NCBI GenBank assembly: GCA_035627655.1
Contig: DASPLI010000001.1
Coordinates: 665,605 to 729,604 of the forward strand
Length of the DNA: 64,000 nt
From: Minisyncoccota bacterium
Lineage (GTDB): Bacteria > Patescibacteriota > Minisyncoccia > Phycocordibacterales > Phycocordibacteraceae
Reading direction: 5' to 3'
Shown here: positions 9,303-18,636 of the stretch, in pieces
Position numbering within the stretch: the stretch's first letter is position 1
Layout: the number at the start of each line of letters is the position of its first letter
Notes under the pieces: model-generated
Seen by the model: the letters and a program-made list of their open reading frames with translations, nothing else
The model's database searches: none
What the model was told of the DNA's origin: nothing
Program-made: the position numbers and the translations under genes

Positions 9303-10409
9303 CTAAAAGGAAAGATAGGCACAGCGCCCCTGCTCTAAATAGTGGGTTCCCCAGCGCTGGACCGAGTATTTATCTTCTTCGCCGCGCAGAGCCGCTCCTG
9401 AAGGGTTGCTTGCCGACACGCCATACAGCCTGCAGCCGTCTTTGTAGACTGCGTCAGAATCCACAGCGTCGTACCAGCCTCGTACTTGCTCGACGCGGAA
9501 TGTAGCCGGATCAGCGTCTTCAACTATGTGCAGCTGTGAGCACTGCTCGTCCATGCAGTCAAAGTTATCCATGTAATACACGTGGCTGCTGTCTTTCGCA
9601 TAGGTTCTCATGCTCGCGGATTCGTGGTCGATGATTTCGAAGGTCGATACATCTATCGGCACTTCGATATCCTTCCCCGACTCGGTCAGATCACACTGGT
9701 CATACCCCTCCTCCTCAAGGGAGTGGCGGTTCTTACAGGGTATGTGCTGATGGCGTACGGATACGATAAATGTACCGTCCCGGACAGCCCGCACCACTTC
9801 GCTCCCATAATAAATCTTCCCAGCGCTCAAAACATACCTATAGCTGCCATCACTGCGCGTAAGCACCGGGGCTTTATCCAAGAACTTGAAGTCTGCCGAA
9901 TCTGCTCCTGGCAATTTTGTATCCCTGTAAAATACTGAAGCACTATCCTTGACATAGTATTCGTCTACGAGCGAGACGCTTTTAACATCTACATCGGGAA
10001 CCTTCACGACGTGCCTGCTGGAATAGGAAGAGCTCCATGCAACATAATAAAGACTATTCTTGTCCATGGCATAGAGCCGTCCCAGAGGCTGGAATGTCTC
10101 GGCGTTAGCGCCGTCAATAAAGACACTTTCTGTTTTGAAAGTTTCGCTCAGACACAGGCTGTCTTGACAGGGTCTGTAATAGAAGACTCCTTGATGGGTA
10201 GGATACGTCACTATGTAGAAACCTTCGCCACTACCTCCGCCAATCCTGTTCGAAAAAGTCTCTGGGTATGCGCTGCTGTAATAGATGAAGTAGCCTGCAC
10301 CCAGCACCAGGATAAGTAGTACGACGAATTTTCCCTTAAGACGCTCGAACCAAGAAACCTTTGTCGGAGGAGTAACACTGTCGGGTATATCGTGGCTACT
10401 TGGCGACAT
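9303..10409 (-). CDS. DKNYY-repeat family membrane-anchored protein
   Basis: N-terminal TM; repeats YAMDKNSLYY, YVKDSASVFY, YAKDSSHVYY, ADPATF. Confidence 0.75.
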   Translation of the reverse strand: MSPSSHDIPDSVTPPTKVSWFERLKGKFVVLLILVLGAGYFIYYSSAYPETFSNRIGGGSGEGFYIVTYPTHQGVFYYRPCQDSLCLSETFKTESVFIDGANAETFQPLGRLYAMDKNSLYYVAWSSSYSSRHVVKVPDVDVKSVSLVDEYYVKDSASVFYRDTKLPGADSADFKFLDKAPVLTRSDGSYRYVLSAGKIYYGSEVVRAVRDGTFIVSVRHQHIPCKNRHSLEEEGYDQCDLTESGKDIEVPIDVSTFEIIDHESASMRTYAKDSSHVYYMDNFDCMDEQCSQLHIVEDADPATFRVEQVRGWYDAVDSDAVYKDGCRLYGVSASNPSGAALRGEEDKYSVQRWGTHYLEQGRCAYLSF

Positions 10410-10470
10410 ATATGAAATTGTACTACTAGCCCTGCGGTTCTTTTGTAGCTTTGCGAGGAGTTTCTTTTTG

Positions 10471-10542
10471 TGACCCTACGGGGAATCGAACCCCGATTTC
10501 CAGCGTGAGAGGCTAGCGTCCTAACCGTTAGACGATAGGGCC
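10471..10542 (-). tRNA. tRNA-Glu(CTC)
   Basis: Cloverleaf GGCCCTATCGTCTAACGGTTAGGAC...CTCTCAC...GGTTCGATTCC...GGGTCA; CCA not encoded. Confidence 0.95.
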
Positions 10543-10630
10543 AATACCTGCGGATTTTAGCAAACAAAGGCGAAAATGAAAGGGGCGCACCGAAATGGTG
10601 CGCCCCCTGTTTTGAAATGGGAGGATGGTT

Positions 10631-10891
10631 TTACGCGGTCGCGAACTCGGTGGATGCCGACCCAGAGCGTTTCGCATTCGGCTTCTTGTTGCCCGAGGGC
10701 TTCGAGAGGCGAATATGTGTGTTCTGCAGCGGCTTACCCATGAAGGTAGCATCCGCATACGGAACCCATTGCGAACCGGTAGGCCCAAGTACCTGCACCT
10801 GCTGCGCCTTCTTGTCGACGTCCATCAGCTTGCGCTGGTGACCGTTGACCATGACGCAGGTTGCGACCTGACCATAAATACGAATATCCAC
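10631..10891 (-). CDS. Hypothetical protein with basic C-terminal tail
   Basis: GTG start with AAGGGAG SD; hairpin at ~10581-10608. Confidence 0.55.
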   Translation of the reverse strand: MDIRIYGQVATCVMVNGHQRKLMDVDKKAQQVQVLGPTGSQWVPYADATFMGKPLQNTHIRLSKPSGNKKPNAKRSGSASTEFATA

Positions 10892-10952
10892 GTACCTACT
10901 CCCTTGTGCTATCGCTTCCCGCAGAGAAGCGAAGCCCCTAGCATACCACGCA

Positions 10953-12218
10953 CTACGCCTTTTTCAACCACTCTTTATCCTGACGTACCAACTGTCCCCG
11001 GTCCTGAGGATTGCGAAGTAGCGCTTCGGTAATACGTTCCATGCGTATGCCCTGCGAACCCTTGATAAGCACCAAGTCTCCTTCTCGTACGAAATCGGTC
11101 AGTGCAGCTGCTGCTTCGCGCGAGTTTGTGTAGTGATACGCTTCGCGCTCTGCGGCAACTGCCTCATGCACCGCCTTCGCGCGCTCCCCGACCGACACAA
11201 TGACCTGCGCAACACCCGCAGCGAGCTTCCCCACCCGCGCATGCTCTTCCTTGGAATACCGGCCAAGCTCGAGCATGTCACCAAGCACAACGATACGGCG
11301 GGTAATGCCAGGCATGAGTGGAAGCGCGGATACTATTTCAATAACCGCTGCTGGTGAGGCGTTATAGGTGTCGTCAATCAGTATTGAGCCGTTACGGCCC
11401 GGCAAAATACGAGCACGACCTGGTGGCGGTACGTAGTTCCTAAGTCCAGCAAGAGCTTCCTTTTCTTTCATGCCAAGTGCGAGCGCAAGCGTAAGCGCTG
11501 CTGCCGGCGCATAGAGCTGTTGACGTCCAAGCGCGCCTTCTACGCACAGCTCATATTTAATCTGGCGAATCGTGGCAACCGAACGCATACCACTGCCTGA
11601 AATAACAGATGCCTCGCCAAGCGAGACATCCGCATCCTTCGTAAAACCGTATGTGCTGAGGGTGGCAGCTGTTGCTCGTGCAAGACGCTTTGCATGTGCA
11701 TCTTCTTCACAAATCACCAGTGGTGCACCGGCAGGAAGTGCGTGGGCAGGTGCAAATTCTTCTTCACGCACTGCTTCCGGAGTTGCATATGCTTCTACGT
11801 GTACCGGCACGTCTGGAAGCTTCGTTACCACAACCGCATGGGGCGTTGCGATGCGGAGGATCTGCTTCAGGTCTCCGGGTCGGTCCGCACCAACCTCAAG
11901 CACCAGGAGTTTTGGATAATGGTTTGGGAAGAGAAGGAGCGAGAGTCCGTGCGCAAACACACCAAGCCACGCAGAAAAGCTGGTCCAGGGATTCTTCGCA
12001 CCGATGATGGTAAGCGGAACACCAAACTCGCTGTTGTAACTCTTCTCGCTTGCACGAAGGAAGTACCGCTCGGACAAGCAGGCGGCAACCGCGTCCTTGG
12101 TGGATGTCTTCCCCACGCTTCCCGTGACCATTACGATCTTCGGTTCGTATTTAGCAAGAATCCCCCGCGCAAGCGCGGCAAGCATACCCGCGACGATGCT
12201 TCGAAGGACGGTTTTCAT
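10953..12218 (-). CDS. murF: UDP-MurNAc-tripeptide--D-Ala-D-Ala ligase MurF
   Basis: VTGSVGKTSTK, N.EFGVPLTI, DDTYNASP, LGDMLELG, LIKGSQG. Confidence 0.9.
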   Translation of the reverse strand: MKTVLRSIVAGMLAALARGILAKYEPKIVMVTGSVGKTSTKDAVAACLSERYFLRASEKSYNSEFGVPLTIIGAKNPWTSFSAWLGVFAHGLSLLLFPNHYPKLLVLEVGADRPGDLKQILRIATPHAVVVTKLPDVPVHVEAYATPEAVREEEFAPAHALPAGAPLVICEEDAHAKRLARATAATLSTYGFTKDADVSLGEASVISGSGMRSVATIRQIKYELCVEGALGRQQLYAPAAALTLALALGMKEKEALAGLRNYVPPPGRARILPGRNGSILIDDTYNASPAAVIEIVSALPLMPGITRRIVVLGDMLELGRYSKEEHARVGKLAAGVAQVIVSVGERAKAVHEAVAAEREAYHYTNSREAAAALTDFVREGDLVLIKGSQGIRMERITEALLRNPQDRGQLVRQDKEWLKKA

Positions 12219-13942
12219 GGTTCAAGGGATGCCCGGTCCGGAGCAACCGCGTAGTAATTGATGAGGAAGTGGGTCAAGTCCATAAACGGGTGCGTGAGGG
12301 TCTCAGACGCGTACTGTACGCCTCCAGGCTCCCGTGTGTAAAGGAGGATGATGAACTCAGGGTCATAGGCCGGGAAATAGCCGAAAAACGAGTGGAGGTA
12401 GAGGCCGGGAGCGTACTTGCCGCCGGGACCCGGGACCTGGGCGGTACCCGTCTTTGCTGCCACGCTCACTTCGGGGATCGAAAGGCTGCCGTCTGCAAGT
12501 TTGGAGTCAACCACTTTGACGAGCATGCGGGTCGTCTCCTCAACCGCCTCCGGAGAGAAAACGCGCTCCGGCTGATTCCATGCAAGCGTCTTCACGACGC
12601 CCGACTCAAGACGAACCGCGCTCACCAAGTGCGGCGTCACCGTCGAGCCACCGTTCGCAAGCGCAGAGAGCGCCTTGATCATCTGCACGGGCGTCTCGGC
12701 AATACCCTGTCCGTAAGAAGCGGTTGCATATTCAATGTCGCGCGGACTCGACTCGATGTTGCGTATGTCACCGCCTGCCTCGCTCGGTAGATCAATGCCG
12801 GTCTCCGTTCCAAAACCAAGCTTCTGGAAGTAGCCACGGAACCGTTCGTGTCCGAGTCGTCCCGCAACAAAGGAAGCGCCGACGTTCAACGACTGCGACA
12901 GCACCTCCTGCATCGGCACGACGCCGCGCGCCTCAAGGTCGTAGTTACAAATCTTTGCCGTGTTGAGCGTAATACAACCGGTGTCGTTATACGTTGTATT
13001 TGCCGAAACGACGCCCGCATCAAGACCGGCGGCCATGGTGAGCGCTTTCATGATGGAACCGAATTCATACTGGTTCTCCACGAGCGGATTGCCGAAGGTT
13101 GCTGGATCCGCCTGGCTGAAGTCGCCCGGATCAAAGGTTGGCACGACCTGAAGCGCAATGATTTCTCCCGTACGCGGATTCATGATGATACCGCCCGTCT
13201 CGCGGCTGCCGTACTGCCCTTGTACTTCCGCAAGCACCTGTCCGAGCTTTTCTTGTACCACCGGTTCGATCGTCGTTACCAAATCCCCTTCGCTTGCCTG
13301 CCGCGCGTCACCAACTGCGTCTCCAACGTCTGCAAACAACTCCGCAAAGAAGTTGCCGAACAGTCCTTCGTTTCCGCGCGAGAGCACATTCTCGTAGTAC
13401 CGCTCAAGGCCAAAGCGTCCGGCAAGATCGTTATCGTTGTCGTACGCGACAAAGCCGATTGATTGCGCCGCATCCTGGCCCGCCGGATACACCCGCCACC
13501 GCTCCCGCTCCACCAACACGCCGGGAATCTTCAATTCCGCAATCGCCTGCCCTGCCGCTTCCGGAACGCGTACCGCGATCACCTCGTACGGATCGTCGGT
13601 CTTCGCCGCCGCCTCATCAAATGCCGCTCGATCAATTGAAGCATGTGCCGAAAGAGCGGCGTACGCAGCTTCCGGGTCCTTGAGACGCTTTGGATCAAGC
13701 GCGAGTCGGAATCCGGTTGCAATACCGGCTGCTGAAAGCATCGTGCCGTCCTTTCGGGTGAAATAAATGGAGCCACGATCATACAGCGCCTGCGTCGAAT
13801 TCTCGTATTGGCGCTCGGCTCGGTGCGCGAAGTCCGCTCCGTGCACGATCTGTACGAAATAAAGCCGCGCCGCAATAAAGAGCGCAAATAGGATGATGAT
13901 GAGGGAGAAGAGCCTCAGCCGCGCTCGGAGCTGCGCCCGCAT
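12215..13942 (-). CDS. ftsI: Class B penicillin-binding protein (FtsI-like)
   Basis: N-terminal TM; SIMK (SxxK), SLN (SxN), KTGT; dcw position. Confidence 0.88.
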   Translation of the reverse strand: MRAQLRARLRLFSLIIILFALFIAARLYFVQIVHGADFAHRAERQYENSTQALYDRGSIYFTRKDGTMLSAAGIATGFRLALDPKRLKDPEAAYAALSAHASIDRAAFDEAAAKTDDPYEVIAVRVPEAAGQAIAELKIPGVLVERERWRVYPAGQDAAQSIGFVAYDNDNDLAGRFGLERYYENVLSRGNEGLFGNFFAELFADVGDAVGDARQASEGDLVTTIEPVVQEKLGQVLAEVQGQYGSRETGGIIMNPRTGEIIALQVVPTFDPGDFSQADPATFGNPLVENQYEFGSIMKALTMAAGLDAGVVSANTTYNDTGCITLNTAKICNYDLEARGVVPMQEVLSQSLNVGASFVAGRLGHERFRGYFQKLGFGTETGIDLPSEAGGDIRNIESSPRDIEYATASYGQGIAETPVQMIKALSALANGGSTVTPHLVSAVRLESGVVKTLAWNQPERVFSPEAVEETTRMLVKVVDSKLADGSLSIPEVSVAAKTGTAQVPGPGGKYAPGLYLHSFFGYFPAYDPEFIILLYTREPGGVQYASETLTHPFMDLTHFLINYYAVAPDRASLEP

Positions 13943-13945
13943 GGA

Positions 13946-14236
13946 TTAGCGGCCCGCCCGGGTAACGGCGGGAGCGCCGGAAGACATCACGTACTCGACT
14001 GAGGTCGGCGTGACGTATCCTTGCGCAATGACATCGGTCGCAGAAAGATGCGCGATCGCGTCATAGTACTCGGTCTCAAGCGCTGACACTTTTGATTCAA
14101 GTTCGCGCAGAGACACCATGCGGTCGGTACGAAGGGTGGCAAAGAAAATCGTGGTTGCAACAAGTGCAAGGTACGCAACCACCAACGCGGCGCAGGAGAA
14201 CGACAGATAGGTAATGGCGCGGCTAGGCAAACGCAT
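13946..14236 (-). CDS. FtsL-like small bitopic protein
   Basis: One TM followed by coiled coil; located between rsmH and ftsI. Confidence 0.55.
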   Translation of the reverse strand: MRLPSRAITYLSFSCAALVVAYLALVATTIFFATLRTDRMVSLRELESKVSALETEYYDAIAHLSATDVIAQGYVTPTSVEYVMSSGAPAVTRAGR

Positions 14237-15167
14237 AGGCAGTAAGGATCTTATTCACGGGAGAATCGCTGCTCGAACGCTCGAAGATCCGCAACTTTGC
14301 GGAGCGAGCGCGCGGATTCTCCTTCGTCTCAAACTCAGACGGAGCGATCGGCTTTTTAGTAATAACGGTGCCCTTCCCCGCATACGCAGCATCGCGCAGC
14401 ATCGACTTCACGACGCGGTCTTCAATGCTATGGAACGTAATGACCGCGACGCGTCCGCCTTCCGACAAGCGCTCGATCGCGGCAGTAAGCCCGTCGCGAA
14501 CAGCGCCAAGCTCGTCGTTTACCGCAATGCGGAGCGCCTGGAAGGTCTTGGTTGCCGGATGAATGCGACGGTGCTGGTACCACGACGGCGTCGACTTCGT
14601 AATAACATCAACAAGCTGGCCGGTCGTGAGAATGCGCGAGCGAGAGCGAGTCTCGACAATGCCGCGAGCAATCTGGCGCGCAAAGCGCTCTTCGCCAAGC
14701 GTGAAGAGAATCTCGGAAAGCTTTTCTTCCGGCGCAGTATTGATGAGGTCTGCCGCGGTCGTGCCCTCCTTCGGCTCGCCGTAGGTCATAAGAAGCGGCT
14801 CTTCTTTCTGGAAGGAGAAGCCACGGCCGGCGGTCAGGTGATACGCGCTCCAACCAAGGTCAAAGAGAACCTTGGATACGGTTTCAACCCCAAGGCGATC
14901 AAGAATGGCACCGAGATTGCGGAAGTTGTCGTTGACCAAATGTACCTCCGTTGCAGAGGAGGTAGAGGCGGCATGCTCACCGCGAACAATCGCGTCTTCA
15001 TCCGCATCGATACCAATGAGCGTGCCCGTCCCGTTGAGCGCATCCAAAAGCGCAAGGAAGTGCCCCGCTCCGCCAACGGTAGCGTCTACGACCGTATCCC
15101 CCCGCTCAATGCGAAGGCCGTCGACGGCTTCCTGAAGGAGAACGCTCTTGTGGAGGGAGTCGTGCAT
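14223..15167 (-). CDS. rsmH: 16S rRNA m4C1402 methyltransferase RsmH
   Basis: HKSVLLQE, DATVGGAGH, TFQALRIAVN, ITFHSIEDR, NPRARSAKLR. Confidence 0.96.
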   Translation of the reverse strand: MHDSLHKSVLLQEAVDGLRIERGDTVVDATVGGAGHFLALLDALNGTGTLIGIDADEDAIVRGEHAASTSSATEVHLVNDNFRNLGAILDRLGVETVSKVLFDLGWSAYHLTAGRGFSFQKEEPLLMTYGEPKEGTTAADLINTAPEEKLSEILFTLGEERFARQIARGIVETRSRSRILTTGQLVDVITKSTPSWYQHRRIHPATKTFQALRIAVNDELGAVRDGLTAAIERLSEGGRVAVITFHSIEDRVVKSMLRDAAYAGKGTVITKKPIAPSEFETKENPRARSAKLRIFERSSSDSPVNKILTAYAFA

Positions 15168-15172
15168 ACAAG

Positions 15173-15595
15173 TTAGGAAGCAAGATGCTCGGCAAACTGG
15201 TCTGCATCGCGCTCGATGGAAGCGGTGTAGGTAGCCCATGCCTTTTCGTCCCAGATCTCCACGCGATCCATCACACCTGCGATCACCGTCTTCTCCTTGA
15301 GCTTGGCAAAGGACTTAAGGTAGTCCGGAACCAGAATGCGACCTGCCGAATCGACATCCGCTTCTGCGGCGCCAGCAAGCGTCAGGCGCGCAAGGCCGCG
15401 GCCTGCCGCGCTTCCGGTTGAGTGCTGGGCAAACTTTGCCGCCTCCTGCTTCCAGGCACTCTTGGAGTAAATAAAGAGACACTTGTCGAGACCGCGCGTC
15501 ACTACCACTGAGTTACCGAGATCCTTCCGGAACTTAGCCGGAAGCGAGATGCGATTCTTCGCGTCGAATGTGTGGCGGTACTCTCCGATGAACAT
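15173..15595 (-). CDS. mraZ: Transcriptional regulator MraZ
   Basis: MFIGEY.H..D.KNRI.LP..FR; D.AGRI.VP; RVEIWD. Confidence 0.95.
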   Translation of the reverse strand: MFIGEYRHTFDAKNRISLPAKFRKDLGNSVVVTRGLDKCLFIYSKSAWKQEAAKFAQHSTGSAAGRGLARLTLAGAAEADVDSAGRILVPDYLKSFAKLKEKTVIAGVMDRVEIWDEKAWATYTASIERDADQFAEHLAS

Positions 15596-15737
15596 AGGTA
15601 ATGAATGGCGGTTCCGGCGAACCCTTCCACCCGCCTCGGTGTGGTTCCGCCATGACTCGGAACCGGTATGCCTCAAGAAAAAATGAGACGGGCGGAAGGC
15701 TTCGTCGGGGTTCGGAGAGGCTGAGGAAATTCCTCAT

Positions 15738-15784
15738 CCCACTTCATCCCACTGATATGGAAGTATATGCCACTTTGCCCCACT
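15738..15784 (-). promoter_or_regulatory. MraZ-binding boxes around the mraZ -10 element
   Basis: Minus strand AGTGGGGCAA AGTGGC A TATACT TCCATATC AGTGGGATGA AGTGGG: four GTGG boxes in two 10-bp-spaced pairs, matching known MraZ operators. Confidence 0.8.
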
Positions 15785-15800
15785 AAACCTGTGTTTGTAC

Positions 15801-15809
15801 TGTGGATAA
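15801..15809 (-). promoter_or_regulatory. DnaA-box consensus TTATCCACA
   Basis: Exact TGTGGATAA on + strand; isolated copy, second copy at 35322-35330. Confidence 0.4.
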
Positions 15810-15855
15810 GAGAAAACGGCGCTTGTGGCGCCGTTTCAAAAACCTGTCGGTTCCT

Positions 15856-17316
15856 CTACTCCTTGGGTCGCATCAGCGGGAAAATCTGACCCTCGCGCAC
15901 AGAAACCCCTTCCAGGAAGCTGAAGAGACGCTCGGAAAGTCCGAACCCGAACGCCGGCGGCATGCCGTATTCAAGCGCTTCAACATAGGAAGCGTCGTTC
16001 ATCTGCGCCTCCTCGTCCCCACCATCGCGAAGAGACTGCTGGTGTCGGAAACGTTCCGCCTGATCAACGGGATCGTTGAGCTCACTGAAGCCCTTACCAA
16101 CTTCAGAACCGCCAAGCAAGACCTGGAAGCGCTCTACCACCTGCGGATTCTTCGGATCCTTCTTTGCAAGCGGCTCGAGGTATGCCGGAACACCAATCAG
16201 GAAGCCTGGACCGGCAATCTGCTTGCGGATCTGCTTCCAGAGCAGATCGACGCCGCGCTCAACATTGAACCCCTTCGAGTCATAGGCGATACCCTGCTCC
16301 TTGAGGACCTTCGCCAGCTCGTCTGCGGTCGTGGCAAGCGGATTGATGCCATACGCCTGCTGTATGAGCGCGCAGTAATCGTATCGCTCCCAATCTTTAC
16401 CCAGGTCAACCGTCGTTCCTTTTATATCGAATACAAGCGTGCCGTATACCCGCTGCGCGATCTCCCGATACAGGTCAACGATCATCTGCATCCCCTTCTC
16501 GTAATCGCTAAAGGCCTGATAGAACTCCATCTGCGTATAGTCCTGCAAATGCTCGGCAGACATGCCCTCATTACGGAAAATGCGCCCGATCTCAAAGGTG
16601 GCCGGGATGCCCGCGACCATAAGTCGCTTCTGCCACAGTTCGCCGGCAGAAATGCGCAGGTATACATCGATATCTAGCGCGTTGTGGTGCGTTACGAAAG
16701 GACGCGCGTCTGCGCCGCCGGTTGTCGTCTCGAGCACCGGCGTCTCCACTTCAATAAACCCACGCTCGAGCAAGAAGGCGCGAATGGTGTTCCAAAAGGC
16801 CGAGCGGCGACGCACACGCCCTGCAAGCTCTTCAGACAGCAGGATATCGAGATAACGCTTACGATAGCGCTCATCCTCGTCTTTGAGGCCGTACCACTCG
16901 TCTGGAATTGGGCGAATGGACTTTGCAAGCATTCGCCAGCTCTTACCTAAAAGAGACGGCATGCCCGTCTTGGTCGTAAAGGCAACGCCGTCCACTTCAA
17001 CAAAGTCTCCAACGTCGACCGTCGACACAAACAGATCGTACGCTTCCGCACCAAGACCGTCCTTCTGCAGATACAGCTGCGTCTTGCCGCTTCCGTCAAA
17101 GATATCGGCGAAGAGCGATGCGCCATGCTCGCGCTTACTCATCACGCGGCCAGCAAGTACAACTGACGTTCCTGCCGGTTCGAGCGCAGTATGCTCCGCA
17201 AGGAAGGTGCGTATCTCGTGCGTGCGGTTTGTAGTGACCGGGTACGGATCAATCCCGGACGCCGTCAGGCGTTCGAGCTTCGCTAGTCGTTCGCCTCGAA
17301 TATCTTCAAGCGACAT
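15856..17316 (-). CDS. lysS: Lysine--tRNA ligase (class II)
   Basis: YRKRYLD, EVETP, GGADARPF, FEIGRIFRNEG, EYGMPP..GFG. Confidence 0.97.
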   Translation of the reverse strand: MSLEDIRGERLAKLERLTASGIDPYPVTTNRTHEIRTFLAEHTALEPAGTSVVLAGRVMSKREHGASLFADIFDGSGKTQLYLQKDGLGAEAYDLFVSTVDVGDFVEVDGVAFTTKTGMPSLLGKSWRMLAKSIRPIPDEWYGLKDEDERYRKRYLDILLSEELAGRVRRRSAFWNTIRAFLLERGFIEVETPVLETTTGGADARPFVTHHNALDIDVYLRISAGELWQKRLMVAGIPATFEIGRIFRNEGMSAEHLQDYTQMEFYQAFSDYEKGMQMIVDLYREIAQRVYGTLVFDIKGTTVDLGKDWERYDYCALIQQAYGINPLATTADELAKVLKEQGIAYDSKGFNVERGVDLLWKQIRKQIAGPGFLIGVPAYLEPLAKKDPKNPQVVERFQVLLGGSEVGKGFSELNDPVDQAERFRHQQSLRDGGDEEAQMNDASYVEALEYGMPPAFGFGLSERLFSFLEGVSVREGQIFPLMRPKE

Positions 17317-17434
17317 GATGCTGTGTATCCTAGCACGCCTCCCCGCACGACACTGCTTGCGAAGTTGGCACTTGTGTGTAATGGTTAGTCCTGGAAAGAC
17401 GAGGACCGCCTCGTATCATCCTGGAGTACGCGCG

Positions 17435-17617
17435 ATGCGAACCGTTCTGCTTCTTATCGTCGCGATAGTCACCGGCCTGTACGCTTTCGGTATCGCCCCA
17501 AGCGAATCGGAACCGGCACGAATCGCGGCAGCGATCTGCCTTTTCTCAACTGCCCTGTTCCTTTTGAGCCTGGTGCTCAACATCACCGACGCGCTCAAAA
17601 ATGCAAAAGAACGATAA
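17435..17617 (+). CDS. 60-aa 2-TM small protein
   Basis: GGAG SD; MRTVLLLIVAIVTGLYAFG...; hairpin at ~17623-17650. Confidence 0.55.
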   Translation: MRTVLLLIVAIVTGLYAFGIAPSESEPARIAAAICLFSTALFLLSLVLNITDALKNAKER

Positions 17618-17669
17618 TGAAACGAGCCGGCCCTACGAGGAGCCGGCTCGATCCATATTAATGACTGAT

Positions 17670-18140
17670 TTAGGAGACCTTGTGCACCGTATACGTCTGC
17701 TTGCCGTTTGGCGTCTCGAAGGTGAACACGTCACCCTTTTTTTTGCCCATAAGCGCGGCGCCGAGCGGTGAGACGTGAGAGAGTTTTCGTTCACGCATGT
17801 CCGCTTCTTCGCTGCCGACAATCTGATACTCGTGCATCTCGTCGCTTCCGTCTTTGCGAATGGCGACCGAAGATCCGAAACCGACCACGTCCTTTTTCTT
17901 GCTGTCCGTCGCGATCTTCGCGCGCTTGACGAGCTCTTCGAGCTTTCGAATACGCTCCTCAGTTGCCGCCTGGAGTTCGCGCGCCTCCTGGTACTCGGCG
18001 TTTTCGGACAAATCGCCAAGCGAACGAGCGTATTCAAGGTTCTTTGCGATTTCAGAACGGCGAACAGTTTTCAGGTTTTCGAGCTCTTTGACGAGTTCAT
18101 CGAATTTCTCCTGTGAAAGCAGGGTGTCTTGTTCAGTCAT
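17670..18140 (-). CDS. greA: Transcription elongation factor GreA
   Basis: GDLSENAEY motif, SPLG.AL.GKK.GD. Confidence 0.97.
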   Translation of the reverse strand: MTEQDTLLSQEKFDELVKELENLKTVRRSEIAKNLEYARSLGDLSENAEYQEARELQAATEERIRKLEELVKRAKIATDSKKKDVVGFGSSVAIRKDGSDEMHEYQIVGSEEADMRERKLSHVSPLGAALMGKKKGDVFTFETPNGKQTYTVHKVS

Positions 18141-18280
18141 GAAGGTGCCTAATTGGTGCTCTTCATTGTACGTGGTGCTCCCCTGCCGTCAATGCGACGA
18201 GGCGCGGGGTCTAAATTGACACTATGTATATTCCATGTTATTTTGACGTCGGTCATTGTTCAAACCGAAAGGAGGAATTC

Positions 18281-18595
18281 ATGGCCGAAAGAGCCACACG
18301 GTCGTGGCTTGATGTAGTGTTGGAGATGTCGACAGCGTTCATCGTCTTGATGACGCTCCTCAACTACAACGAGCTCGAACGTATGTTTGTCGCCCACCAC
18401 GCGACTATCGGACACTTCGTGTTCGGCGCTGTGCTCGCCGCACAATTTGGTGCCCTCATGCACTACTTTTTGCGCGCGCAGCAAGAGGAAACGGGACGGA
18501 CTACCGGACGGCTGGTTGTTCTCGTCTACGCCTTCGCGCTGCTCATCACTGCCATCTGGCAGACAGCACAAGGCGTGCTCGTGCTCACCGCCTAA
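18281..18595 (+). CDS. Hypothetical 3-TM membrane protein
   Basis: TTGACA-N17-TATTTT promoter (18216-18244), AAAGGAGG SD, terminator at ~18604-18634. Confidence 0.65.
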   Translation: MAERATRSWLDVVLEMSTAFIVLMTLLNYNELERMFVAHHATIGHFVFGAVLAAQFGALMHYFLRAQQEETGRTTGRLVVLVYAFALLITAIWQTAQGVLVLTA

Positions 18596-18636
18596 TACAC
18601 CAGCGGCGCCCCAGACTACCGGGGCGCCGTTTTCAT

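Noticed and set aside
14214-17434. Long + strand ORFs (14214..15176, 15802..16677, 5' part of 16883..17617)
   Set aside because: Antisense shadows of rsmH and lysS; no motifs or start signals
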